A stretch of 42,281 bases of DNA, from IMG/VR virus record IMGVR_UViG_3300030122_000023, one strand, 5' to 3'. The notes beneath the pieces are model-generated. The model saw only the letters and a program-made list of their open reading frames with translations, was not told the DNA's origin and ran no database searches. The translations under genes and the position numbers were made by a program. Source of the DNA: a virus. Each line of letters begins with the position of its first letter. Within the stretch, counting starts at the first letter, position 1. Positions 1 through 9,663 of the stretch are shown here, piece by piece.

Positions 1-127
1 ATAAATTCTGTTAAAAATCCCAAATCTGTCATGTTTAAATCCTCTCTTTCTGCTTCAAATGAAGCTCTTCAATTTCGTGTTTCATCTTTGTGACCATTCC
101 ATTGCCGCCCAACGCATGATAGGCATT
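1..127. repeat. Direct terminal repeat identical to 42155..42281 (circularisation overlap; unique length 42,154 bp)
   Basis: Base-for-base identity between the first 127 nt (ataaattctgttaaaaatcc...) and the last 127 nt of the window. Confidence 0.95.
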
Positions 128-349
128 GTACATTTCCATAAAATTCTGGTAGGCATAGGATGGAATTTCTTTGAGAGCCATGTATTTATCATGGTACTCA
201 ATCAGTTGTACTCGAAGCAAAAGCATCGTTCCTCTGCTATTCGCATCTCTGTCTGACTTCTGGTTTTTCAAAAGCCACACTATGTATCCCATAAATGCTG
301 TCAGAACGATAGGCAAAGCAATCGTGTACGTTTCTTTTAACATCTCCAT
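35..349 (-). CDS. Small membrane-anchored protein of the lysis cassette, function unknown
   Basis: 104-aa ORF with an N-terminal hydrophobic helix (YTIALPIVLTAFMGYIVWLL). On the circular map its stop abuts the holin start (42186 = position 32). Confidence 0.6.
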   Translation of the reverse strand: MEMLKETYTIALPIVLTAFMGYIVWLLKNQKSDRDANSRGTMLLLRVQLIEYHDKYMALKEIPSYAYQNFMEMYNAYHALGGNGMVTKMKHEIEELHLKQKERI

Positions 350-427
350 TGGATCATCTTCCTTTCTTTTGTATAATTCAATTATAATATTTCAGAATAA
401 TTTTTTGTTCCATTTTACTTCGCATAA

Positions 428-443
428 CCAGAGTTTAACTAAC
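428..443. repeat. Inverted repeat IR-L (ccagagtttaactaac), partner at 1481..1496
   Basis: Perfect 16-bp reverse-complement match. It encodes Q-S-L-T-N in the same codon phase in both contexts. Confidence 0.9.
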
Positions 444-701
444 ATTCCTATATTCAGATGTGGTCGAATTAGAGTATCGTATGATAGTCCTCAATATTTA
501 AAAGCAAATGTTGTTTTTGATAAAGAAATGCCATCATATGATTATTCAGTTACTATTGGCATTGACTCAAATGTTATCGATTGCACAGCTATATACTATG
601 AAAACAGAAGCGTACATGGATTTGGAATTTCCATATATAAAGCTGACGCAAAATTCACAAGCGTTGACGGTGTAAATCTGTCTTGGATTGCTGCAATGTA
701 G
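444..701 (+). other. Start-less, promoter-less alternative tail-fibre C-terminal cassette (85 codons plus stop), H-type-lectin-like pattern
   Basis: Open frame IPIFRCGRIRVSYDSPQYLKANVVFDKEMPSYDYSV...HGFGISIYKADAKFTSVDGVNLSWIAAM directly follows IR-L. No RBS or ATG at its 5' end. It converges on the tail-fibre 3' end. Confidence 0.6.
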
Positions 702-781
702 TTTTTTAGCAACAGAAATTCTGCTTATATAGTATTTGCACGTATTTTCAGATTTTTGACCACCTGTAATAATAAGATTTT

Positions 782-1696
782 TTAATTAAGAACAATGAAA
801 CCTGCTCCGAGACTTCCACCACCGCTATCGTTGGTTTTAAAACCGCATTGTGTTCCTGCGTAAAAGTTCATTTGCACGCCGTCTAAGCTGGTACCGTTGT
901 CTCGATGTCCCATTTCACCGTTAGAAAAAAAGTCTATGTCACGTTTGTTATAGCCTTGCCAATATACTGTAGCAGTAAAATTTTTTGTAGGAACTATACC
1001 AGCACTATTTACTGTGAAAAAATTGGGATTTACACCGACCCATCCTGTTACCCACTGTCCATTGGAATAGCTGTCTATTGATCGCCATCCTGCTATACAA
1101 CTGCCACTAGGAACACCTGCTGATTGACCAGCAGCATAGCCAGTATTATAGCCATCCTCATATCTTTTAAAAGGGGATACTGTACCGGCACCTCCTGTTC
1201 CACTTGCAAAGTATTTATATAAAGTGCTATTATCTGCTGATATGGATCGTTGCTGTACGATACCCCAAACAGTACGGGCGTTACTATCTACATTTGTATC
1301 CGTAGACAGAACACCAGAAAACCAGTCTACATTTGATGCAACTACATCAAACTCAATCGAATACATAGGAGTTATTTGCCCCATCAAATAATTTTTATTT
1401 ATATAATCGCAGACAGTTTTTGCATCAGCCGCAAGGTTTGGCAGGACTAATCTAAGATACGTTTTCTTCGAATCATTTAAGTTAGTTAAACTCTGGGATA
1501 CATCCGCGAACCCCGCCTCAATTCTATCTTCCAGATCATTCATGTTTGCAGCATTAAAAGCATCACCCTCCTGCGAGATTGTGCCCTCATCCCTTGCAAC
1601 TGTCACAAGACTTGTGCTGCCATCTTCCATCGTAATCAGTCTGCGGTTAATATACTCTGCAATTCGATTTTTCCATGTTTTCTTTGTAAATCCCAT
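782..1696 (-). CDS. Tail fibre / receptor-binding protein (304 aa from M43 of the listed ORF)
   Basis: N-terminus MGFTKKTWKNRIAEYINRRL...AFNAANMNDLEDRIE is typical of phage tail-fibre N-termini. RBS GGAAGAGAGGA lies upstream of the ATG at 1696. It is the last gene of the tail module. Confidence 0.7.
   Translation of the reverse strand: MGFTKKTWKNRIAEYINRRLITMEDGSTSLVTVARDEGTISQEGDAFNAANMNDLEDRIEAGFADVSQSLTNLNDSKKTYLRLVLPNLAADAKTVCDYINKNYLMGQITPMYSIEFDVVASNVDWFSGVLSTDTNVDSNARTVWGIVQQRSISADNSTLYKYFASGTGGAGTVSPFKRYEDGYNTGYAAGQSAGVPSGSCIAGWRSIDSYSNGQWVTGWVGVNPNFFTVNSAGIVPTKNFTATVYWQGYNKRDIDFFSNGEMGHRDNGTSLDGVQMNFYAGTQCGFKTNDSGGGSLGAGFIVLN
1481..1496. repeat. Inverted repeat IR-R (gttagttaaactctgg) inside the tail-fibre gene at codons 68-72
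   Basis: Perfect reverse complement of 428..443. Confidence 0.9.
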
Positions 1697-1712
1697 AATA
1701 TGTCCTCTCTTC

Positions 1713-2189
1713 CTATAATAATAGTCCGGTATCATCTCCGGCATATACCTCTGATCCACAATAATAATTAAAGTTGTTAAGTAAAATGCCATACACATCA
1801 TCCAATATTTTCTCAATATCATTCATCTTCTGGTATGTATTGACTGGCATACTCGGTGTCTGCGGCGTGTCTCCATGAATCATGTACGCATTTCTGATAA
1901 CCTCTGTGTTATTTATGACTGATATTAAAAATGTCTCATTTGGATGTTCTGGAACGTCTGCAACCGTAAGATTAAGTTCCAGCACATCTGATAATAACTT
2001 TGTGTTATTCTGGATTCTCTGCATATCTGATCGATTCAGTGCGCCTTTCATCCCGGCAAGCCATTCTGTTTTTTCGTCTACATTGAAATTATCCAATCCT
2101 TTCTGTAACAACTCCAACATGCGATCCACATCACTCTGTGACCGGTCCGTCACTGTCTGCATCCACACCAGCATAAGCAACCACCTCAC
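1713..2189 (-). CDS. Tail-fibre-associated structural protein (start uncertain: GTG 2189, ATG 2162 or ATG 2120)
   Basis: 158-aa ORF between the baseplate and fibre genes. Contains repeated D..R(M/I)-type motifs (SDVDRMLELL, SDMQRIQNN) common in fibre-proximal proteins. Confidence 0.55.
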   Translation of the reverse strand: MRWLLMLVWMQTVTDRSQSDVDRMLELLQKGLDNFNVDEKTEWLAGMKGALNRSDMQRIQNNTKLLSDVLELNLTVADVPEHPNETFLISVINNTEVIRNAYMIHGDTPQTPSMPVNTYQKMNDIEKILDDVYGILLNNFNYYCGSEVYAGDDTGLLL

Positions 2190-2295
2190 TTTTCAGACGC
2201 TCATTTTCTTCTTTTAAAGCTTTGTTTTCCTTTGTGAGCTTTAGATTTTCTTTTCTAAGCTCGTCATAATAAGGATTAATTGGATTGTAATTCAT
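2131..2295 (-). CDS. Small coiled-coil protein (54 aa), not in the ORF track
   Basis: Translates to MNYNPINPYYDELRKENLKLTKENKALKEENERLKSEVVAYAGVDADSDGPVTE. Its start overlaps the upstream stop (TGATG). Confidence 0.45.
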   Translation of the reverse strand: MNYNPINPYYDELRKENLKLTKENKALKEENERLKSEVVAYAGVDADSDGPVTE

Positions 2296-4022
2296 CAGAT
2301 CAGCACATCTCCTCCCGTATATAATTCAACTCCGGCGAAGTAATTTTCCGTAACAACTACTGAATACCCCCTGCACGTTGCCGTTGCGATAAATCCACCG
2401 GTCAAATCAAGCGTCTGGCTCTCAATCAATGTTGTCGATGTCTTGCCACCGATGGAATTTATATTCGCCCAATTTCCTACCTGCTCTAAGTCAACCAGGT
2501 ACTTCATTCCCACCTTTTTTCTCAAGGCATGATAATCCAAAAGATAAGCGGCGATATCAGGTAATATATCAGCATTATAAATGGTGCATCCACTGTACTT
2601 CTTTATATTTTCTGTCTCTCCAGCTTCGATTTTATCCACACGTTTCTCATAAGAAAAAGTGGTATTTGCATATTTAATACCTGTGATCTGGCACTGTCCG
2701 GCATCCGGCATGTTAATGATGAGATAATTTGTTTTTACTTCTTTCAGCGTGCCGACACTTGCCGTGATGGACGATGGAAGATATGGACTTGAGAATGTGA
2801 TCTTGGTATCTCCGGCCGGCAATGTTTTCTTATAAATGTCTGAGTTTTTTTCTTCCAATGCATAGTTTTTCATCTCAATATTCACACCAGAGATATATTT
2901 TTCAAGAGATACTTTCGTATTTCCATTAAATTTGCGATCCGTCCCGACAGTGGATTTCACATATCTGTCTGGCTTATAAACCTTGATGGTATCGCTCCGG
3001 CTGTCATCCGCAACCGCACCACACGCAAAGCATACCTGTTGCAATGCCTTACGGCACGTCTGGATGGCTAAATAGCCACTTAAAAGTGTGTTACCTACTT
3101 CTTCATCAATTACATATTTTTTTATTCCTGCTGTTACAAATATCGCATTCAGTATCACTTCTGCACGGACATTGTTATATACCTGTCCGTCATAAAATGT
3201 ATACTTATCTAATAAACCAACTTCATCAACCAGCTTAAATTTTGCAATATTCTTTGAAAAAGAAAAGTCGTTGATGAAGAATGCTCCCATAGGAATCATG
3301 TTTCCGTTCTTAAACTCTGACAATGTGACTTCCTGCGTTTTCTGCACACTCTTCCACGCTCCATTTTCGTTTTCTGCATCAAAATCATTATTCATATCAA
3401 CAATTGAAATATCCGCTTCGTTGATAGACAATGTTGCAGAGGTCACATCAATGTCTTCCTGCACCTTGGCTGTCTGGATCATATCCTTATCCCACACGAT
3501 ATATTTTCCGTATAAAATGTACTGAAGCTTAATATATCTCTTTGGAAAGCTTGTTCTTACAAATTCAATCTCGATTTTTCCATAATTCTGCACCTGATTA
3601 TTGCAAACATAAATAAGGCTGTCCGGGTAAAATGTTTCTGTGATTAATTTTGTACCGGCGATTGTATACCATGTGATTTTCAACTCTGCTGGTGGCTCAT
3701 CTTCAAAATAAAGTGTGATCGCTGCGGACGTGTGCTGCTCTTGGAACGTGACTGTAATCTTAGGATCTTTTTCAAAAGTACAATCTTCCTTCGATAACGC
3801 ATCATTCCAAAATGCAATGTCTTTCGGATTTTCCGTCAATACGCTTTTACTTCCATCTAGCACAAATTGGTTCAGTTCAAAAGTCCCATAACTTTTCTGT
3901 TCCGTCTGGTCTGCAAACAACTCAACTGAACCTATGCCCTGGTTATCATCTGTCGTAACCGTGGCATCTGATAATGCGGTAACATCTATAAATTTCATTT
4001 CTGCCCTGCAATATGTTCTCAT
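2295..4022 (-). CDS. Tail tip / baseplate hub protein (Tal-like)
   Basis: 575-aa ORF two genes downstream of the tape measure. RBS AAGGGGG lies 5 nt upstream of the ATG. Confidence 0.5.
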   Translation of the reverse strand: MRTYCRAEMKFIDVTALSDATVTTDDNQGIGSVELFADQTEQKSYGTFELNQFVLDGSKSVLTENPKDIAFWNDALSKEDCTFEKDPKITVTFQEQHTSAAITLYFEDEPPAELKITWYTIAGTKLITETFYPDSLIYVCNNQVQNYGKIEIEFVRTSFPKRYIKLQYILYGKYIVWDKDMIQTAKVQEDIDVTSATLSINEADISIVDMNNDFDAENENGAWKSVQKTQEVTLSEFKNGNMIPMGAFFINDFSFSKNIAKFKLVDEVGLLDKYTFYDGQVYNNVRAEVILNAIFVTAGIKKYVIDEEVGNTLLSGYLAIQTCRKALQQVCFACGAVADDSRSDTIKVYKPDRYVKSTVGTDRKFNGNTKVSLEKYISGVNIEMKNYALEEKNSDIYKKTLPAGDTKITFSSPYLPSSITASVGTLKEVKTNYLIINMPDAGQCQITGIKYANTTFSYEKRVDKIEAGETENIKKYSGCTIYNADILPDIAAYLLDYHALRKKVGMKYLVDLEQVGNWANINSIGGKTSTTLIESQTLDLTGGFIATATCRGYSVVVTENYFAGVELYTGGDVLI

Positions 4023-4032
4023 AAATGCCCCC

Positions 4033-4428
4033 TTACGGTGTCTTAAATGGTTTTTTACTCGTCATTTTCCATGACAATCCTTTATATTTCGCTCCGTTGT
4101 CAAATACCTTTTCTACTTCATCTTTAATTGATGAAAAATACCCATAGAAATCAAACTGCTTGCTTGCATCCGGTAAAGATACATGATGGAATCTGTTTTC
4201 ACAATCTGTTATATGATCCATCAGTTTATCATAAAGTCCCGAATCGTCTATTGTGCCAATTGAAATTGTATAGTTCTTATAGATTCCTATACTCTCAATA
4301 TGAATATCTCCGTCCTCTGTTCTTTCTGCATACTTTTCCAAGAAATCCAAAGTCCTTTGAATAGAAACCATAGGGATATTATATGTAATTCCATCAATGA
4401 TAAGTCCTTGTGTATACTTATGTACCAT
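4033..4428 (-). CDS. Small tail protein immediately after the tape measure (distal-tail position)
   Basis: 131-aa ORF, called from synteny only. Confidence 0.4.
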   Translation of the reverse strand: MVHKYTQGLIIDGITYNIPMVSIQRTLDFLEKYAERTEDGDIHIESIGIYKNYTISIGTIDDSGLYDKLMDHITDCENRFHHVSLPDASKQFDFYGYFSSIKDEVEKVFDNGAKYKGLSWKMTSKKPFKTP

Positions 4429-4429
4429 C

Positions 4430-7018
4430 TTATCCCTCCGCTATCCCAAGTCTTATTTCTTCATCCTGTAAATACGGCAGATTAATTCTTGCGAACTCTT
4501 TACCATCCACCGCCAGTACTACTGTCTTTGCACCGCTGTAGTCCGGCATTTTGCTTGCAAGCTTCGATGCAAGGTCGTCCATCCAGCCGGTGTTATTTTC
4601 AAGCGGCAGGACAGCTTCTTTTCCGGCTTCTCCGATTTCCGCGAGTGTCATTCCGGTTGTTACGCCACCGTTGGCAAGACGAGGCAGATTTACAGTAGGA
4701 ATTGTCGGAATACTTGGATGCCATGATCCTCCACCCAAAAAATCAGGTAAATCAAATCCAATGCTGTTAAAGCCAGAAATCAATGAATTGAGGCCATTAA
4801 TAACATGGTTTACCATATTTTCAAACACCTGGATAACACTGTTCACAAAATCTTTTACCGATTTTTCTGCTTGGCGTAATGCTTTATCTGTGTCTTTCGT
4901 AAGTAATGCATGAATTGCGGCGAATACAAGTTTTACCCCTGCCAGCAAAAAATTGATCAGATCTAAAATAAAATCGACGCTGTCTTTTATATTCTGGCTC
5001 AGGTTTTCAATGATCGGCAAAATTACCGGAAGCACATTTTCAATAATCCATGCAATAATCGGCTGTAAAATATTTGTCCATAAATCGTTCAGTATGTCTA
5101 TTACGATTCCCATTATTTCGAAAATATTATCAAACACAGGCTTTAAATGATTTTCATAGGTATCCTCAAACATTAACGCCAGATTCTGTAAAATAGGCTG
5201 CACATAAGTGTTCCAAAATTCAAGAAATTTTTCTATTAATTCTGACATTCCATTTTTTACATTTTCGATAAACGGATGAATATGTTCATCGTACAATTCT
5301 GTGATTTTATCGGTCACATGCTGCACGCCGTCTGATATAGTCGTTGTCAAATCCGCAATCACACCAAGAACCCCATCCAACGCATCTTTTAAAGCATCCT
5401 GATTCTCTACAAAAGGTGTCACGATGCAATCGATAATATCTTTTCCAAATTTTGCTGCATTCTCCGTAACCATCATGAACGCATCCGAAAAAATCTGAAT
5501 CAGGTTTGCTGTGATCTGCTGTCCATTTTCATCCCCAAATACAGAAAATACATTTGCGAATGCATCTGCCCCCTGTGATGCCAACACTGAAATATCAGAT
5601 GCTATATCAAACATGTCGATAATATAATTTTTTATATTTTCAGAATTACTTTCAAGATAAATAGATATCCCACCAAGAAGATTTTCTGCTATGGTAGCAC
5701 CTATGCTTACTACAGATGCCGAAATGCTTCCAAGTGACCTTGAAAAAGTCATAGCAAAATTGTCAACAGATGCAGAAACTTCACTATCTGAAAAAATATT
5801 TAAAAATGAATTCTTTATGCTTTCTATACTGGATTTAATATTATCAAATTGTAAAGAAACATCTAAATTGCTCCAGGTTTCATCCCATCCATTTTTTATA
5901 GAAACTTTTAATTTTTTTAAATAATCTATAAATGGCTGGATTTTATCTGATAATTCTTTTCCAGTAGGAACTTCTTCATATAAATCAGATCCGCCACTAC
6001 CAGATCCACCGCTACCGCTTCCAGAATCATTTTTCTGCAATACATTCAAGTCATCAAAAGCCGCCAATGCTCCAGCCGCTTTTTTGGCAGAACCGGCTGT
6101 TTTATCAAGAGATGCCGCATAGTCTACCTGCTGCTTCTTTGCCTTTGTCCAAGTGCTTTTTCCGCTTATAGCCGCAATAAATCCATTCATAGCATTAATG
6201 GCATTTGTAAGCCATGTGCATAAGGTTACGATTGCTGGTGTCAATGCAGATATGATAGGCGCTGTCAGTGCTCCAATAGAATTTTTTAATGTAGCCGAAG
6301 CACTTGCCATTTCAGACATTTTTCCATTAAATTCAGAAGAATACTTCGCCATGTTCTGTATACCTTCTGTAAATGCCTTGGATATGGTCTGAGATACTTT
6401 CATAACCGCACCGAATATTGCAAAACTAACTACTGTCTGCTTTATTCGTTTCGCCATGTCAGATATTAAGCCAGAGGATTTTTTTGCTGATTTTCCTACT
6501 TTTTCAATGTCTTTCGCACCAGCACCAATAGTTTTCTCATTAGCAGCTGTTTCTCTCATCTTCTGATTAAGGACTTCCTGTTTGCTCTGTACATCAAGAA
6601 GCTTTTCAGATACTTTGCTATATTCCTCTGTAGTTGTAGGATCTATAAAAGCAGTTCCGGAAGATTCCATTGCGGCAAGCTCGCCTTTTGCATATTTAAT
6701 TGAGTTTGTTAATTCCTCAACGTCGTATTGCATTCTTTTGAAGGTTGTGCTTTTACTGCTTCCACCTGTTTCTAAGAATTTATCCATTCTGGCAAGAAGT
6801 TTATCAAGAGAAGCAGTATCTTTTTCTATCTGCATCTGCACAGCCTTATATTCCTCTGTTGGAATCTTTTGACTTGCCAGTTCTTTCAGTGTCTTGGAAA
6901 ACTTATCAGCTTCTCTTGCAAGCTTCTGAAACTGTGATTCCATCTGCATGAGCTTACTTGATGCTTCTCCATTTTCAATCAACGTTTTTATTCTGATTTC
7001 GCCATCATATTCAGCCAT
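4430..7018 (-). CDS. Tail tape measure protein
   Basis: 862 aa with coiled-coil N-terminal and central helical regions, hydrophobic segments and a GSGSGGSGSGGS linker. Sits after the chaperone pair. Confidence 0.85.
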   Translation of the reverse strand: MAEYDGEIRIKTLIENGEASSKLMQMESQFQKLAREADKFSKTLKELASQKIPTEEYKAVQMQIEKDTASLDKLLARMDKFLETGGSSKSTTFKRMQYDVEELTNSIKYAKGELAAMESSGTAFIDPTTTEEYSKVSEKLLDVQSKQEVLNQKMRETAANEKTIGAGAKDIEKVGKSAKKSSGLISDMAKRIKQTVVSFAIFGAVMKVSQTISKAFTEGIQNMAKYSSEFNGKMSEMASASATLKNSIGALTAPIISALTPAIVTLCTWLTNAINAMNGFIAAISGKSTWTKAKKQQVDYAASLDKTAGSAKKAAGALAAFDDLNVLQKNDSGSGSGGSGSGGSDLYEEVPTGKELSDKIQPFIDYLKKLKVSIKNGWDETWSNLDVSLQFDNIKSSIESIKNSFLNIFSDSEVSASVDNFAMTFSRSLGSISASVVSIGATIAENLLGGISIYLESNSENIKNYIIDMFDIASDISVLASQGADAFANVFSVFGDENGQQITANLIQIFSDAFMMVTENAAKFGKDIIDCIVTPFVENQDALKDALDGVLGVIADLTTTISDGVQHVTDKITELYDEHIHPFIENVKNGMSELIEKFLEFWNTYVQPILQNLALMFEDTYENHLKPVFDNIFEIMGIVIDILNDLWTNILQPIIAWIIENVLPVILPIIENLSQNIKDSVDFILDLINFLLAGVKLVFAAIHALLTKDTDKALRQAEKSVKDFVNSVIQVFENMVNHVINGLNSLISGFNSIGFDLPDFLGGGSWHPSIPTIPTVNLPRLANGGVTTGMTLAEIGEAGKEAVLPLENNTGWMDDLASKLASKMPDYSGAKTVVLAVDGKEFARINLPYLQDEEIRLGIAEG

Positions 7019-7028
7019 GCTAAAACCC

Positions 7029-7664
7029 TCATTTCTTAAACTGTTTCAATGCTTCCTGTTCTGTTTCTTTCTGCTTTCTTATTTCTTCCATCATACGATC
7101 ATAATCATCTATCTTTTCTTTTTCTTCGCTGGTATACTCTTTTTCTGGCTGTTCCAGAGCATATTTATTTTGTGCGTTTTTGATTGCATCTTTTTCCTTG
7201 GAACTCATGTTCTTTTCAATTTTCTTCTGTCGAATCTCAATTACCTCCATGAGAGAAGATAATCTTCTTGGCATATTCCAGATCAAGCCATTAAATTTCC
7301 ACCAGTGCATATCTGCTACGGACAAATCAATACCGTATATCTGCAAAAAATCTGCATATATTCTCCATTGATCTACATCATAGTCAATAAAACGCTTTGT
7401 ATTTTTGCTACTGCCGGTATTGTCGTGATACCATCCGTTTAAATACCAGGAAATACATTCATTTAACTCATGGTGCTGTGGATGGTCTCTAAGTTCTCCG
7501 TATTCATCAGAGAACATAAGATAAAGAATAGAAGTTGTTTTCTCGTACTCATTCATTTCTTTGTCATATTGCAAAATATAAATCTGCATACCTATGCGGA
7601 AATCGGTATTTACTTTGTATCCGTTCCATTCAGTAGGCAAATTGTCCAGCATGACATTGTTCAT
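7029..7664 (-). CDS. Gp15-like tail assembly protein
   Basis: 211 aa with an acidic/basic C-terminal tail. Canonical position upstream of the tape measure. ATGA-coupled to the upstream gene. Confidence 0.55.
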   Translation of the reverse strand: MNNVMLDNLPTEWNGYKVNTDFRIGMQIYILQYDKEMNEYEKTTSILYLMFSDEYGELRDHPQHHELNECISWYLNGWYHDNTGSSKNTKRFIDYDVDQWRIYADFLQIYGIDLSVADMHWWKFNGLIWNMPRRLSSLMEVIEIRQKKIEKNMSSKEKDAIKNAQNKYALEQPEKEYTSEEKEKIDDYDRMMEEIRKQKETEQEALKQFKK

Positions 7665-8134
7665 TATTTTGCCCCACGTCTTCTTACATTGTATCTGTTC
7701 TGCACCTGTTCAAAACGTTTATTGAAAAGCTTATTCATAACAGGGATAACCTGCTCTACAAACTCCACAATTGCAAGTTCATCCGGGACAATATCTCCGT
7801 AAATCTGTTTCATGGCATCTTCGCCAAACAACCCATCTATACTTTCCGTAATCTGCTTAAGATATTTCACTCGAATGCTGTTAAGCTCTAATGCTGCATC
7901 CACATTAATATCATCCACATTAATATCGTCTTTGTGGTTCTTTCTCCATTCGGCTGCTTCTTTTTCACAGTTCTGAGATATATTATTTAATTTATCAATT
8001 ACACCTGCAAACTTCTTAGCTGTGTCTGCATTCGCTGTATCTACTGTTATAACTGTAATAAGATCTCCGTCTTCGTCTTTTATTGCAATTTTTTTTATGC
8101 CACTGCTTAATTTAATTTCTTCCATTTTTAACAT
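7664..8134 (-). CDS. Tail assembly chaperone
   Basis: 156-aa acidic ORF between the major tail protein and the Gp15-like gene. Confidence 0.55.
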   Translation of the reverse strand: MLKMEEIKLSSGIKKIAIKDEDGDLITVITVDTANADTAKKFAGVIDKLNNISQNCEKEAAEWRKNHKDDINVDDINVDAALELNSIRVKYLKQITESIDGLFGEDAMKQIYGDIVPDELAIVEFVEQVIPVMNKLFNKRFEQVQNRYNVRRRGAK

Positions 8135-8199
8135 CCTTTCCTAATGTGGGACACCAAGGAAAGGTAGGCATCCCACATATGCTAATTTTTAATTAACAC

Positions 8200-8727
8200 C
8201 TATGAAACTGGGTAATCTTCATCCAAAGCCAAAGCGCTTACTTTAGGCGCCCATGTGAACGATCCATCACCAGCAATAGTGATTGTTCCAAGTTCTACAT
8301 CTCCATTTCCATTAATCTGGACTGTAGACTTTAAAATATCACCACCTGCTCCACCAGTGCTTGATGCACATACAGTTACTGGGACACGGATACAATCGCC
8401 GGATCCGCTTGTAATATCAGCTTTAAAGAAGCGATAATAATATGTCTCGCACTGATCTCCTGTTGGAAGTTTTTTAAAAACATCATTAAACACTGTCTGC
8501 ATTTCATCTGACAAATGTTCTCTTTCTGGAGACATTGAAAATGCATACCCTTTTACAGAGTTGCTTGCATTTTTCATGTTTACGTACTGTGTGCTTTCTG
8601 TGTTAGGTCCCCAGTCTTCAGAAAGCTCTGTGAAACCATCACCCATTTCAGCAAGCTTTTCACTTTTTCCACCCATAAGGCTTCCAATATCCAAAAGTGA
8701 GACCATGTTAGTTCTGTCTTTTGCCAT
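8200..8727 (-). CDS. Major tail protein
   Basis: 175 aa, called from position and an N-terminus typical of phi13/A118-type tail tube proteins. Confidence 0.6.
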   Translation of the reverse strand: MAKDRTNMVSLLDIGSLMGGKSEKLAEMGDGFTELSEDWGPNTESTQYVNMKNASNSVKGYAFSMSPEREHLSDEMQTVFNDVFKKLPTGDQCETYYYRFFKADITSGSGDCIRVPVTVCASSTGGAGGDILKSTVQINGNGDVELGTITIAGDGSFTWAPKVSALALDEDYPVS

Positions 8728-8738
8728 GAGTATTCCTC

Positions 8739-9242
8739 CTATTTTTTATAAAAATATTTAAGCTGCATATTAATTGCTAATTCTGTTGTTTTCCCATCTG
8801 CTGTACCGCAAAATACATCCGATGTGCGGTTGATTTGTTCTACAACAAAATTTTTATCTTTTAATGTAAATTCTCCACTTTCAAGGAACTTTGCAATATT
8901 TTCAAGCAGATTGCTTGCTGCAATATTATCCTTGTTTGTTGTTGGATTGCTTTTGTATACGATCTGGAACGTCATTTGTCCGACATAAGAACCGCTGACA
9001 TATTTTTTCAAATAAACTGGATCCTGCGCCGGAAAAACTCCAATAGACTGAGTATCTTTTATGCTGTTCCATAAGATTGTTGAATTTGATGGTTTGAAAC
9101 CGGGCGGAAAATTTGGATAACTATTTATCATATCAAGAATAGCTCTTTGCGCCGTTTCTGCATCTGATACAAGCATTATTTTTGTCTTTTCATCCAAATC
9201 ATTTACCTCCAATCTCAAACCTTGGTATAAGGCTGTAAACAC
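8739..9242 (-). CDS. Tail completion / head-tail joining protein (true start probably a TTG near 9197)
   Basis: 167-aa ORF overlaps the upstream gene by 44 nt. GGAGG lies 8 nt before an in-frame TTG just after the upstream stop. Confidence 0.5.
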   Translation of the reverse strand: MFTALYQGLRLEVNDLDEKTKIMLVSDAETAQRAILDMINSYPNFPPGFKPSNSTILWNSIKDTQSIGVFPAQDPVYLKKYVSGSYVGQMTFQIVYKSNPTTNKDNIAASNLLENIAKFLESGEFTLKDKNFVVEQINRTSDVFCGTADGKTTELAINMQLKYFYKK

Positions 9243-9660
9243 CGATAGTATTCACTTTGTAGCAATTCCCTTTTTCATTTACCATGTACTGGAAGAATTT
9301 ACCCGGATAATCGTCTGAATTAATTAATCCAACCGGCAATTCCCTATCAATGAGAAGTTCATCTTTTTTTGCAATCACTATGAAGTCAAAATCATTACTT
9401 CTTAAAGTGAAATGCTTTAGCTTTTCTTCTTCGCTCATGTTCTCCCAGTCTGGTGGATTAGCATAATTCAATGTGCCATCATTCGGGATTTTTACAAGAA
9501 AACTATCTGCATCTTTCATTCCAGATTTGCTTATGTTCTCTGCCTGTGTAAGCTCGATTCTTACATTTTCAAATAGAGTACCGAAATAATATTCAGTTTC
9601 TAAAGTGTCGTTGTAATGCCTGTTATATAAAACCACGGCATCTTTATATCCGATTCCCAT
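9199..9660 (-). CDS. Head closure / head-tail joining protein
   Basis: 153-aa ORF in the connector block. Confidence 0.5.
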   Translation of the reverse strand: MGIGYKDAVVLYNRHYNDTLETEYYFGTLFENVRIELTQAENISKSGMKDADSFLVKIPNDGTLNYANPPDWENMSEEEKLKHFTLRSNDFDFIVIAKKDELLIDRELPVGLINSDDYPGKFFQYMVNEKGNCYKVNTIGVYSLIPRFEIGGK

Positions 9661-9663
9661 AAG

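Noticed and set aside
171-701. 176-aa plus-strand ORF taken as a single independent gene
   Set aside because: Its first ~85 codons are the antisense shadow of the 35..349 gene and of AT-rich intergenic DNA, with no RBS. Only the part after the inverted repeat (444..701) looks like real coding sequence, and it is interpreted as a silent tail-fibre cassette.
7664-8134. Expected gpG/gpGT-type -1 frameshift between the two genes upstream of the tape measure
   Set aside because: The second gene (7029..7664) has its own ATG, overlapping the upstream stop (ATGA). No frameshift needs to be invoked.
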